Assembly (NCBI GenBank): GCA_009103225.1
Contig: RHPI01001202.1
Span: 378,272 to 442,271 of the forward strand
DNA: 64,000 bases
Origin: Chlorokybus atmophyticus
Lineage: Eukaryota > Plantae > Mesostigma and Chlorokybus algae
Direction: 5' to 3'
Shown here: one piece after another, positions 1 to 12,243 of the stretch
How positions within the stretch are numbered: position 1 is the stretch's first letter
How the letters are laid out: the number at the start of each line of letters is the position of its first letter
Translations under genes and position numbers: made by a program
Notes under the pieces: generated by a model
The model's input: the letters and a program-made list of their open reading frames with translations, nothing else
What the model was told of the DNA's origin: nothing
Databases searched by the model: none

Positions 1-91
1 GCATGGATGCTATTGCACTTCATAACACCAGTGTGTTTGCACACTACAGGGCGTTTTCCTTTTATACCCCCACTTGTTTGATACTTTGCAA

Positions 92-126
92 CTCGGGGCA
101 CGAGATATAATAACTCGCGCCCCGAG
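92..126. repeat. Inverted repeat/hairpin (13-bp stem with 1 mismatch, 9-nt loop)
   Basis: ctcggggc-a-cgag atataataa ctcg-c-gccccgag read directly from the sequence. Confidence 0.8.
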
Positions 127-1229
127 CTAACGTGCAGATTAGGGTTTCGTTTCAAGTTCGCAGCAGGCTAAAATATGATTGCTCACTTTTTGCAGTGATT
201 GACTATGGCGATGGTTCACAGGTTGGTTGTGAGCTAGGCGGGCTGTTGGTAGGCGGGCTGTTGGTAGCTCGGAGTGTGTTGCTAGCAAGGAATTTGGGCC
301 GGCCCATTGCTGCCTTCACTTGATGCTGGCTAGCTGGCTGGTAGTTTCTTATGCTATGTTATGCTATGCAATGCCCAACGGACTTGCTGCATTCACAGCA
401 TGCTATGCACGTGTGTAAGCATGCATGCATACGCACTGCTTGTTTCTGATTGCAACAACATTGGCTGATGCTTCAACTTAGCTAACTCGCGCCCATAACA
501 TAATGACAGATGTCACGGATTGTAAAGCAAAGCACTTGGGGAATGCATGCAAAATTGGGTTATCAAATACTCCGCAGGGTTCACCAAGCTGCAACGCTTC
601 TTCAACACAACCCGTATCACCAAGCAAATGTGAGCATGTTTAATCGCAATCTTTTTAATTCACCACATCTTACACAACATGGCCCAAGATGTTTACAGCA
701 AGTAGCTTGCATGCCATGTTGAAGTATCATATTGTTGATCCGGCTGATTGACAACATGTCTGTGCAAACAGCTCAATGATGAATTGCTCATATTTTAAAC
801 AAGTTAGTGGCATCCAAATGTGGAACAATGTTGGGGTGTACATTGCCATGGCCTCTTATGGCTACTTATAACTTGTTCATTTACGAGTTTCACTTTATGC
901 ACGTGTCGGACTTTATCAATAGCAATATACATTATATACATGCATTCATAGCCGATACGTTGACATTGCTATAAGTGTTATACATTTATGTAATGTATAA
1001 ATATGGCATGGCATGTTTGTACGCTCAATTTTGGTGACATTACGCCTTGCAATCGTTGCAAGATTTGACACAATGAAATGCCGTTAATATTATAGGATCA
1101 TAGGATTAATATTATAGGATTATATATAGTTAATGTGATAGAATGTATATTTTGTTTAGCTGCTACCATACAAGCTTTTAAACTCATTAAATTCACCTTA
1201 GCGGTCAAGTATTTTAACCCAAGAGGTTT

Positions 1230-1294
1230 CAATTAACTCAGAGAAGTTACGGATAGAAGTTACAATTAACTCAGAGAAGTTACGGATAGAAGTT
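1230..1294 (+). repeat. Tandem duplication, period 33 bp
   Basis: caattaactcagagaagttacggatagaagtt occurs at 1230-1261 and 1263-1294. Confidence 0.9.
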
Positions 1295-2432
1295 TCAAAA
1301 CCATCCAAAAATTACGGTTGCATAACGAAATACATGTACATATTTCATGCATGTCGTAGTCCATCTACAGCGATATACTAATGTTGCCGTATAATTGGAC
1401 ATCGCACCATATACAACTTGTGATAAACCTGCATATAATGATGTGTTCAATTATGTATACGTGTGTAGCTCGATGCGAGCTTATCACAATCTGCATGAAG
1501 TTATACGCTTGATTTACATATTGTATGCAACTTCGGACGAACTTGAAAAGAATAATAACAATAACGTGCAATGCTTCATATAATAGATGTAACTCGCATA
1601 CATCTCAACACAGTAGATGACAATACCATGTATAACAGTTACTTGTAATCATATGTAGATTGCACAGCGAATTCTATTAAAACTCGTGTGATCTAATGAA
1701 TAACTTACTTTTATGATGATTAGCATTTGAGTGTTAGAACATATTAGCACTAAAGTTCAATTTGTGACATATAACGTGCAAAATTGTAATCAGTTTTAAT
1801 TGATTCTGATCATTGTTATAATACATGTATAACATACTCTGTGCTTACAAGCGGTAACACATGTATGATAAGTGTGTTAATAAATTAAAATGTTGCATGT
1901 CTTTAAATACGTCAATAGTTAATTCTACTAAAAAGTATTTGCGACACATATGCATGTTGTGACATCTTGTTCATAATTTGTTGAGCCCGTAAAGAACGTA
2001 AAGAATGCATGATATCACATTACATGTGTACGCTAAAATCATATGTGGACGCATTTCAAGTACAAGTAGTACCCATAATTTCATGTGATAATGTACATAT
2101 TTAGCTGGCCCACATGCGTGTGCATATATAACAGCTCCATTACATGGCTCAAAGCGCAGTCATCAATGCATAATACCAACCATACATATATCCCACACAA
2201 CTATGCGGCCGCGGCAAGCATGGCGTTCTCTATCGTTGTCGACGTCGACGTCGGCACATGGCCCCAACCCGGCACCGCACTCCACAACGGCCAGCCCTTG
2301 CGCACGTTGGTGCGCGCACGCCAATCGCTGTCGCTAAATTGCCAAAAAACTCGGCAAGCGTCGGCGCGGCAGGGCCTGCATGTCGATCGCGCGTCGCATG
2401 CAACGGTCGATGACGTCGTGGAATGCCTGTCC

Positions 2433-2620
2433 CATCGTCGCAGATTTTACACAGTGACAAACCAGGGATTGAGGGACTGACGGGTGCCTGAGCCTGATTG
2501 CCGTTACCTGAAACGAAACTTTTAAATTGTTGGGTTTGCCGTTGGCTTATGTGAACTGACGCAGACGGCCGCGGGCCGAAAGTGGTTGTCAGTGGCACAA
2601 GAGTTGTCAACCAATTACCC
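2433..2620 (+). repeat. Dispersed repeat homologous to the reverse complement of 63508-63711
   Basis: Shared blocks such as attttacac.gtgac, gagggactgac.ggtgcctgagcctg, tgttgggtttgccgttggctta.gtg.actgacgcagacggccgcgggcc.aaagtggttg and gagttgtcaacca.ttaccc. Confidence 0.9.
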
Positions 2621-2978
2621 TTTGGTCGATGGGATAAACGGCCGTTAACCGGTAGACAGTTAGTCAAGGACAGCTGACAGCAACAGCCGGCAGTTTTCTT
2701 GCGTTACACTGCTGTTAATATATTAACCCTTACCGTTTGACAAAAGTTGATAATTCTTGCTGTAAGCTAACACAAACATGCCATGCAGCTTGTACAAACC
2801 TTGGTCTGATTGTTTGGTCTTGTGACCATTAACCCACAATATATACAACCGTGACGTACCAACACTGGTAAGAGCATGTCTACTTGCAACTAAGTAGCCG
2901 ACTTGCGCATGAAAGTACCTACAACATTAAGTGTAGCTGTCGCACTCATGCACAGCTTGTCAACACGTGGAGCCTGCC

Positions 2979-3281
2979 TCAGAACTCCTCCTCAACCCCC
3001 TCCCCCTGCTCCTCCTTCGACAAGTCTTCTGCTTCAACATCGGAGTCATCTTCATTTGCTTCCTCGCTCGCTGACAATACAGCGGCTACTTTGCCCTTCA
3101 ACTTGAATGTCAGCACCTCGCCGTGCACGCGCATGCGCTTAATGGTCGCTTTGAGAGTGACCACCTGCATTTGGTAATGCAATAAGAGTTTCGTACTGCC
3201 AGAGGACTAGCCCATCAACATACACATGCTTACCTTGTCTTCCGCTCTGTCGCACTTCGCCAGGCAGAAAGTCAGCCTGCC
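2979..3281 (-). pseudogene. Possible spliced 3' end of an unknown protein gene with an acidic C-terminus
   Basis: Exon ..EDQKQRGRLTFCLAKCDRAEDK, then a gtaagc...atgcag intron, joins in phase to VVTLKATIKRMRVHG...EEANEDDSDVEAEDLSKEEQGEGVEEEF*. No recognisable family. Confidence 0.3.
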
Positions 3282-4935
3282 GCGCTGCTTTTGGTCCTCT
3301 CTGACCAACATGGCAATATGCAAGCATACTGCTTAATTGCCGCTTGAAACATTAAAGTAAGTCATGGATTACCCGTTCGTGGTACTCCGCAGCTTCTATT
3401 TTGCAACTTGTGAGCTCCCGCAAGTAGAAATAGGCTGTGCATTTGCGAGATTGGTCATGCTGTTCATGTGCATGACACTGGAGGCTGTGCATGAGGGTGT
3501 GCATGTGGTATTAACAGTGTATGTCATGTGCAAGATTCTTGAGGCTGTGCATGTGCCAGATAAAAGAACCCCAGCATGTGGCATTGATAGTGCATCGTAA
3601 CCCACCTTGGTTAAGCCAGTCTTGTTTGGTCCCTTTAATCATGTCCCCGTGGTTGCGGCTGCAGGTGGTCGGATGTTCGTAGAGGCAGTATTGTGGTGTG
3701 GCTTTGCCCACTCGGAGGGGGAGCCTGCAATATATCGCCCGAGTCCGACTCGGGGTGAGTCACGGTTATCATTGGCTGTGTCCTTGGTAGGCATGGTGGG
3801 GTTTGACACCAAGGACACCCCACCGGCACCTTGCCTGCCCTGTGCGAACATGGGCTTCATCCCGGACCTTGACCACAACGCCCATTACGCCCCTGGCAGC
3901 GCCGCAAACGATCCACCAAACGCCACATACCCTCGGCATGTGACGCTGCTCGTGCCTTGTCACCTGTGAGTTGGTCCAATCAACAACCCTCTCACTAAGA
4001 CACGGTATTCACACCGGAACCTTGCCCCCTCTGCCAAGCACACACGCGCGCCCCGCCACTCGCGTACGCACGCATGCGCTCAAAGCTACACACCGGCTTG
4101 TGTAGCGCCTTGGATCGTCACACAAGCAAGCACACACTGGTGAGCACACGCTAGCAACCCCCGCTAACCACCACCAAGCTTGCACACCAGAAGCTGGGGA
4201 GCTGAAGGTTGTATTGCAAATTGTAGAATGTCATTTTTATACCTACCAGTCTGCACATGCTACTGTCTAGACGTTTCTAGCGCTAGACGGAACTAGAAGC
4301 TAAGATATTCTTGTATAATCTTGTAGTACACTTCTAGACCTTTCCAACGCATCAAAGATCTCCTCATTTGCTGCTCATATGGTCAAGTTATACTACTTGG
4401 CGCCAGGCACTTCCAGAAATCTGGTCGAGCCCTTCTCGACTGGCCCTCCGTTTTCTGGCGTCTTCCAGACTGCGCTGGGCCGGTCGATATCTGCGGCAGA
4501 CTCGCAACTCGCCGATATCCGCCACAAGTCATGAAAAACATGATACCACACACAAATAAGGCCTAAAATGGCCATGAGAATCACGAAGTTTGGCCTTGAC
4601 TGTAGCACGGCATCACCGCCCAGTAAGAGCATAGCTTGGCGGAGCCATTAATGGTGTTTTCATGCGCAGGGACGGGCATTGCCAGCACTTGTCAATAGTA
4701 CGAACTGCCATTGCCACTGTACAAAGGTATGATTAAAATGGAACTTTTTGACAAAGGCATCTTCGTACCATTGAAACGGTTCAATCAGGATAGTCATGCA
4801 AACTCACCCCACCCTGGACGTGCAATGGCTCGATCGTACCATAGTAATGGTACGACGGAGCTGTCACGCCAGTCAATGGCGGCCAAGTTTTCTACCTCTG
4901 GCATGCAAGGGTAGCGGCGGCGGTGGCGGCTGTGC

Positions 4936-7900
4936 GTGTTGCTGAATATGACGATGCAGGTTTCATTGGTGACACCTGTGTCGACGTCAGCAGTGAGCTA
5001 TGGAAGTCATTGTCCGAATTGCCACATGCGCTTCAGCACACGCAGCTCGAGCTACATGCACGTTGTTAGCAGCAGGGTGTGCAAGCAAATGAAGCTGTAT
5101 GTCAGCCAGCGTCCATTGCAGTATCATGCGGATCATGTTGAACCGGAGAGTTCGATCCAGGATGCGCACATGCTTGATGCTGAAGGACCCCTTCAGGAGA
5201 CACGCACAGCAGCAACAAGAGAAGAAGGAAGTGAACGAGGGCTTGTGTGTGCGTGTGCCTAAAACACCTGTGGCACGCCAACATGGAAGTGGAGGAGTCC
5301 CTTTGTACGCGTTGGAATCTAGGTGGTATGGCTTGGAGCATGCTTTTGCGATGGCATTTGTGTAATGCAACAACGGCCAAGGCCTATCGGCCTCCGACAT
5401 GGGGCGGATTATCAAATGCATGCGAAATGCACACTTCTTAACGAAAGAGCTCCGGTGGGAGACCGGTGTGCATGTGGCCAGCTACCTCCGGACCACCATT
5501 GCTTTCTCTCCGTTTGAGGTGTGTTCACGGTGTGCGGTGCATGTGCTTCAACCATCAGAGCCATGTCACATGTGCACATGCGAGTGTGCTGTCGTATCAG
5601 AACTACGTGACGGCTAACCTGCGCAAGCCTAGAGACCCTGAGGATCAGGACATCAGGGTCACATATATGCCGGCCAAGGTCTGTGAAATCCAGTATCTAA
5701 TATGAGGTCAGAATGGCTGTTAATGCTCTTGGTCAGAGCAGGCATGGCTCGCGCGATCGTATGGCAATCCACATGCCGCTAATGGCTCCAATTTTCAGAA
5801 CAGTGGTGACGAGCACAGCTTTGGCCATCCTTTCACGGGCGATTGGTGGAAGGATGTTTAGGTGGATTTCAGGAGAGAGGTGGGGGAAGCGTCCTACTTG
5901 GCGCATGCCATTTTGTACAGTGACAAGATAGCGTTGGACAGCGCAGGCAAGCACTCTCGCTACCCTCTGACGGCATCGCTTGCCAACTACAGTTGGGACA
6001 TGTATGCTAGCAACATGGGGGTTGTTATAATAGCACTTCTGCCGGTGGTTCACGTATTGGCCGGGCATCCCACCTGAGCGCAGGGCAAGAAGTCGATCCC
6101 AATTTGAAAACCTGAGATTTTTTATGACGCTTTGAATGTATTGTCAGGGGATGTGAAGCGGGCGAGCTGGGAAGGTCAGCAGCTCATCAACCCGAACGAC
6201 ATTGAGCGTCGTGTGTTTCCCGCGCTTGCTAACTACATCAGCGACTTGCAGGTAGTGGGCATGCATGGTTGCGGCCTGCCGGCAAACAGTGGAGGATGTT
6301 GTTAATGGAGCATCTGAGTTTGTCGTGTTGCATGAGGCTGCCACACTCGCACGCACTGTGTCGGGTAATCAAACACGACATCTTTGCAATGTTTCTCTTG
6401 TCACTAAATCAAATATGTTGAAAATGGATGAGGACGCGGAATTGAGAAGCAAGGCTTTCTACACACAGGCAATACAACAACTGCCGGTGGACCCGCATAG
6501 CAGTGTTGAGAATGCACACCAGACAGCCAAAGCTTTCAAAAAGCAGCACTCCATACATGTCAAGGAGGTAATGGTCAAACCGGCATTCATCAAGATGAAT
6601 GGCTTTCTGTGTAACCAGGCAATGTTGTTTGGCAACAGAATGCACAGTGGTGTTGGCGACAGTCGCGGGTGCCGGGAGCTGACTGCTACTCGCCTTGCCC
6701 CTGACGCCATACATGTGCTGGGAGACATCGTTAACCACCTACTTAGTGCTGTTTACAACGCTGTGAAGGAACGCGTGCGTCCATCCACGAGATAGATTCT
6801 GCAGGTTAAGCACGTCTTTGGTGTTGACTTTGTGTTAAACTCAAAAGCCAACGACAGGTGCTTACAAGCAGATGTGCACATGCTGAATGCATGCAAGGCA
6901 ACTCTACGGGTTTCGCACTTCAAGGCACCCACAAGCACAGTAGTTTTCGTCCTGTCCGACCACTCTTTTTAGGTGGTGGAGAAAGTGGCGGTGCTGCAGC
7001 TGCTGCCGGTCCTTGCAGACGTTTTGCTGCTCGACGGTGAGAGCAACGATTTCTTCACCACTGCTGCCGCATCGCTTGCCCAACGGAACAAGAATTTGCT
7101 GAAGGCACATGAACACACAAAAGAGACTTTGACCACAAACGACAACGAGCTGGAAGCCTTTTTAAATTAGCAGTGTTGCATCCACTTCTGTCGTCATATT
7201 CTGCATAGAAGTCCGGTTGGAAGATCGAGAAGATGCATCAGCTCACTCTTTGGGTTGGCAGTGGACACTCAAATTGGTTCAGCGCCAACCGCATGGAGCA
7301 GACGCACGCCCAAAATATTAAACAATGGGCGCGTGGTGGCAACAACCGGGACTACTAGGCGGGCATCCTAAAGGCATAGAGCTGTGCGGAATATGTAAGA
7401 GAGGATGGCATGGTTGTGAATCCCGAGATGCGCTCGGTCACGGCGCAGGCGCGGCAGCAGTGCTGTAATGTAATGGAGAAGACGGACAAGTTGCTATGGA
7501 TGGACGTGTACGGGAGCGGTTCTGCGCGTAGCCGCTAAGTCGCCCAAAAGACTCCATTTGCCGTCAAGCTGCCTGCCACCCTGGACAGCTGGTTGAGGAG
7601 GGAACAACTGGAGTTGGCCGACGGGTGGCGTGCTGTTTGCGTGGTGAACGGAGGCGCAGCGGTGTACATGACATCAGGAATCAACATGGCGCGTGCGACT
7701 GGGCTGTTTCATGGGCGGCCTTGGTTCTCTACACTTGAGTTGGAAGGTAATAAGGACGGTGTGAACGTGACGTGGTGGGCTCAGGCACTCTTTTTTCTGC
7801 GCGTGGTGGTGTGGGGTGGTAGCGGCGAGCGCGTGTGGAAAGAGGTCGTGTTTGTCCGCTGGTACACGAAGCTGGATATGACGAGCGACACAAAGTGCAT

Positions 7901-8060
7901 TGCTCTAGAATGGGAAAAGCGTCGAGGGGTCCACATCTCGATATCGTAACTCCGGAGCAAGTAAAAGGCATTGTCCAGCTGCTCCCCATGTTTGACAAGG
8001 ACAGCGCCCGTGTACAAGAGGGCAAGTATTGGATGAATGTTCACTACACTGCCACGTGAC
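4936..8060 (+). pseudogene. Plavaka-like (CACTA/Mirage-related) DNA transposase, spliced and degenerate
   Basis: Motifs appear in the expected order: AILYSDKIALDSAGKHSRYPLTASLANY (about 5900-5990); EGQQLINPNDIERRVFPALANYISDLQ (about 6170-6250); HLCNVSLVTK; PDAIHVLG; WKIEKMHQL...NWFSANRMEQTHAQNIK (about 7210-7320); RATGLFHGRPWFS...VFVRWY (7690-7865). There are GT-AG introns and in-frame stops. The 5' boundary is uncertain and no TIRs were found. Confidence 0.7.
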
Positions 8061-8270
8061 ACATGTACTTGTCTTACTACTCTGCATTTGGAGCATATTA
8101 GTCAGTTAGGCATTGCTAATCGTATGCTAAGACTTTTGCATGTGGACGTGTACAATACCGGGCAGCTGTCATTGCACAATTGTCACCACAATCGAATGCA
8201 ACATTCAACAATCACTTCGCCATGTGGCATTAAGCATCAATACAGTGCACTACACTCAAGCCTCATAGTT

Positions 8271-8995
8271 CTATGATACAAGAGGGTAGTCACAGCGCAT
8301 ATCCATTGTTTCAAGCATGAGACGCCGTATGCACTCCGCCATTGCGGGAGGAACTGCATTCGCTATGGTAACGGCCGAGGGCATCCATGGCACTCCCAGC
8401 GCTGTTTGCCATGCAGCAATGCTGCCCCTGGTGCTTGGAAGGCCATAGAACGGGTACATTTGCTGTGGCGCATTTGATGTCACGATTGTGTTCTTCGCGC
8501 TAGCGGACAGATGCGGCAATAGCAGTCCATCCACCTTGCCCGCCTGCGAGCAGCGTGTTGGGGAGTTGGGGTAGCTACCACTGGCTGTATCTCATACAGA
8601 CGGTGTCGGAAAGTTGGTAGGCCGAACATCGTGCCACAAAGGGACAGAGTGGGTCCGAATGAGGAAGCTGCTCCTAACACATTCTGAATCACAAACTTGA
8701 CCTGAATTGCAAGCAGCAAATGTCCGACAAGCGGTATCATATCTTAGTGTCTCCAGGATGTGCCATGTGCCGCTCATTGAGGTGCCGGCATAGCACCTGA
8801 ATAGGCCTGGCATGGTGGACTGGCCCATACGAGCTCGTAATTGCTCAGCTCTCCTGCACTCAGGGTGCATACATCGAGGTGTATGAAGGGCAGCGGGTAC
8901 TCAGAGGAGGGACTTATGTCCATCCTGGTCGCGTCAATGCCTGCGTGATATAGACCGACACAAGCACCGCCACCGCCGCAAAATAAGTCAAGTGC
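8271..8995 (-). pseudogene. DNA (cytosine-5) methyltransferase domain, compact bacterial/phage type, disrupted
   Basis: Motif I ALDLFCGGGG (about 8965-8995); motif IV ASPPCQAYS (PCQ at 8807-8815); motif VI FVIQNV (8678-8686, ENV changed to QNV); LCGTMFGL plus motif VIII RHRLYE (RHR at 8600-8608); AWQTALGVPWM and motif X IANAVPP (NAVPP at 8346-8360). Two frameshifts (about 8775 and 8540) and one in-frame stop (about 8745). Confidence 0.88.
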
Positions 8996-9297
8996 CCTTG
9001 GTCTACGTGTGCGTCCAAGCTTGTTGTCAAATGGCGCGTATGTGGTCAAGGCTGGCCGTGGTGCTAGCCAGGGATTAACAATGATGCCGTCCAGGCTTAT
9101 GCCGCACACACAATGCGTGACCGCCCTCAGCATCGGGTGCGGCAGTGCCAGGTGCGTGGGCATTGCAGCGCGAAATGTCTGCCGACATCCGTAACACCGG
9201 TGGAACCGGCAGCGCCGACAACCACGCTTTCGCGCTGACCCCCACCACTGATTGGCGCTGCGCCAGGTTGGCGGACGTGGCGCCCATTGCAAATGCG

Positions 9298-9329
<32 letters not shown>

Positions 9330-9408
9330 NNNNNNNNNNNNNNNNNNNNNNNNNNNNNNNNNNNNNNNNNNNNNNNNNNNNNNNNNNNNCCCCCCCCCCC
9401 CCCCCCCC
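9298..9408. repeat. Poly-C homopolymer spanning an assembly gap, inside the retroelement ORF
   Basis: C runs on both sides of an N run. Confidence 0.85.
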
Positions 9409-10231
9409 CACACACATCGACCGCCGCGCTAAGATCCTTTTGTAACTTTCGTGCTTTCGTGCGTGCCAAGGCCGATAGGGCCAGCAATAGGTGGCGCGCC
9501 ATCCGTGGCAAAACGTCCATGGCCGCTACAAACTCATATTGGAAGGCAAGTGACCGTCGGCGACGTCCGCAATGGCCGACACGACGAGAGGGTCGATGGG
9601 CGCCGTGAAACGTCGGCGCAAGTGCGATGTGCGATGTGAGCGCCCCCCATCCACCGACGTACGCCGCCGATGCGTGCACGTGGACGCTCCGCAGCCCTAA
9701 ATCGCCCACCGATATCGGCAGCCGTACGTGTGTCGCCACACGAGCGGCCGCCACCGCATCACATCCGCCCTACGCCAGAGCTCGATTGATTGCTTGGAAG
9801 GCCGTGCTCAGCATGTCGTTGTAAGGGCGGCGAGAAAGGGGTCCGTTGGAGGTACAGTACGTGTCAAGTACCCCGGGCGCGCCGCCACACACTTGGTCTA
9901 CGATTGCACAGCCACCTGGGCGTCCGGCAATGATTGCAAAACGGGCAAAACGTCGGTGTAGCACCGCAAAGCATCGGCGCAGTGATTGTCGACAAACGCG
10001 GCCGCCCCCATCGGCACCCCCAACGCCACCAAACCGTCGGCGCAACGGTGCGTCATCCGCGCTGTACACCGCCGACTTGTGCAGCGCTACGTGTAGGCCG
10101 ACCGCCTTCATTTTGTCGCTGTGCGCGCATGACGCCGCCGACACCTCCCCCGGTAGGCTGGGCCCACAATAGCGGTATCGTCGGTGTACGCTACCGCTTG
10201 GGCATGACGTGCGCTACGACACGTGTGTGCA

Positions 10232-10255
10232 CGAGAGAGAGAGAGAGAGAGAGAG
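10232..10255. repeat. (AG)n microsatellite between the RT GDPL and YTDD motifs
   Basis: gagagagagagagagagagagag seen directly. Confidence 0.85.
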
Positions 10256-12167
10256 GGCGTACAACAACTTCGTTAAAGGGTCCCCCCGGCGTGTCCCTCT
10301 GGCCGAGACAATGGGCACGTCGTCCCTCATATACCATTGCGCCGACGCCGTACCGTACTAAAGCGGTACGAACGGTATATATGCCGCCAAAGGGGATTGC
10401 CGCAGCTCCTCAAAATTTGCCAACCACTCCACGGTGTTAAATGCGTTGGCAATGTCAAGCCTCATAATAATGTGATCGTGCGCTTCCGTCACATCCTCAA
10501 GTCGCACGCCACTATCTTCGCCCCAGAACGCGTGGCCACCCCGTACTGCTACGGTTTGAAAAAATTGGCAAGTGTGTGCGGTCTTGTGCCAACATGGTCC
10601 TCCCCACCAAATGCTGTAGGACGTCCCCCACAGCGATGGGACGCGCGCCCGTCGACGTGGCCTCCTTGCGAAGCGCGGACAGCGTTGACGTCACCATTGC
10701 TGCTACCGCCACCCCTGGTACGGTACCTGCTGTCATGGCCGTACAAATGCGCGCCATCAACGGCCACGAGCATGTGTGCATACGCGCATTGCATTCCACT
10801 CCCTTGCCATCTTGTATGATGCGTAGATACGATAATGCAATATTTTGTTTTTCAAGTTTAGCACTGTATGATGCGCATTTATGATATGCATTTACTGCTT
10901 ATGGATGCGTAGTTCGTACAAGCAATACTCAAACTTACAAGCTGTAATGAACATAATGTGAATATAAGGTAATGCAACAAATTGCATAACTTTGTAATTG
11001 CAGTAGTTAATAATCCGTTAATATGAGTTTTATACATACTTGCGGTTGATACGGTGTACGTAGTGCGTTTATGTTGAAATGTTTTCGACTATACGTTGTG
11101 TATGTGATATGTATCATTGTTTCTAGGTGTTAGCGCTTTACTTGTTTATGTATGAAGACCACGCTTGACGTAAATGCTAAAACTACTTATGGCACGGAAT
11201 AAATAGTAATCGATGCATCAGGCATGAGTTATTAATATTGGTTGTATACGATTCAGCTTCACGAGTTTCATAATATACACCGCAATATGGCAGCATTAAA
11301 TAATACCGTACCATGTAACACGACATACATGCAAATAGTGATTAAATCAGCATTCGCATGTAGCCAATATTTGCGCAGCAGCTCGATCATATGGTGAATA
11401 AGTAATGATGTTTTGGTTGTGTAATCTGCAATTGTGATTATTGCTATGAAAGTGTTCGGACTTTGTAGCTTATACACCAAAATTACACCCACAATGGCTA
11501 AACTACAGTTTTTTGCATGATTTGTCAGTCAGAATGTGAAGTATTTACTGAGCCCATTGGGTGCCACCAATGGTTGTGATGTCATGATCTTGCAACATTA
11601 ATCATACTCATCACACCCGCAACGGGTGATTTAACCTGTAGTATATGGTCATATATACCAGCCATAAGACTCCTTTTATCGTAGTAATTTTTGCTGCCAT
11701 AGCACAATGGTTATAATGCCATGTTGCATAATACATTACATAAAAGTATTGAATATATGTAAGACACGCGATATATGGTGCATGATTACTACGATCATCG
11801 GGCTGCTCTTCGCCGCAAATCTTGCACTAAACCTTGTGAGTTACTTATGTTCTCGCTATGACGTATATGCATAGCTATTATTGAAAGTGTTGTATCATAT
11901 GTACAAGCAGCATATAAATGCATAAAATTGGCGACCTCGGCGACGGTTACGTGCAACGCACTTGATATTTCTTAATCGGTTTTATGTATTTATATAGATA
12001 CAAGTTATGACGTGCACATGCATACGTGTATTGGTTCAGATCATTGCCATACTCTAGGCTAACGTCCCTGTCACAACATATACACTGACGCGAAAAATAC
12101 CGTACCATACAACTGCACGAGTGAGTTGATGTCAAGGTAATACCGAGGCTGCGAGTCATGGCTACGG

Positions 12168-12243
12168 GTCCCTGTGAAGGGGAACATGATGTTCCCCTTC
12201 ACGGGGACGTGTTGCGTGATGTTCGGAACATCACGCAACACGT
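12168..12243. repeat. Two abutting long palindromes (20-bp and 18-bp arms, 1-nt centres)
   Basis: gtccctgtgaaggggaacat-g-atgttccccttcacggggac (12168-12208, one mismatch) and acgtgttgcgtgatgttc-g-gaacatcacgcaacacgt (12207-12243, perfect). Confidence 0.95.

Larger units (their letters stand above)
8271..10815 (-). mobile_element. CRE-clade-like non-LTR retrotransposon, 5'-truncated and degenerate, with a C-terminal C5 DNA methyltransferase domain
   Basis: RT motifs across shifted frames: LSALRKEATSTGARPIAVGDVL (about 10610-10685), QYGVA, RLDIANAFNTV (about 10430-10460), RGTRRGDPL (GDPL at 10274-10285), AYTDD (YTDD at 10177-10188), GLHVALHKS, DGLVALGVPMG. Post-RT motifs: LPISVGDLGL (about 9692-9721), AKAWLSALP..LRMS..FRAAM.THLALPHP and CVCG (9101-9112). 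Methyltransferase motifs follow. Confidence 0.85.

Noticed and set aside
42-126. CACTA-like start (cactacagggcg) and hairpin as a CACTA or Helitron terminus
   Set aside because: No matching inverted terminus was found, and there is no CTRR-T at Helitron spacing after the hairpin.
2723-2740. TTAA-CCCT piggyBac-like end (similar motif near 15930)
   Set aside because: No partner inverted repeat and no piggyBac transposase motifs.
4340-4995. Minus-strand spliced gene divergent from the Plavaka transposase
   Set aside because: Readings on both strands are equally protein-like, need several stop repairs and match no family I recognise.
10820-11900. AT-rich tract as endogenous giant-virus DNA (also 720-2200, 24500-25800 and 36300-37700)
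   Set aside because: No viral hallmark genes, no long ORFs and no exact AAAATTGA motif noticed; more simply decayed repeat DNA.
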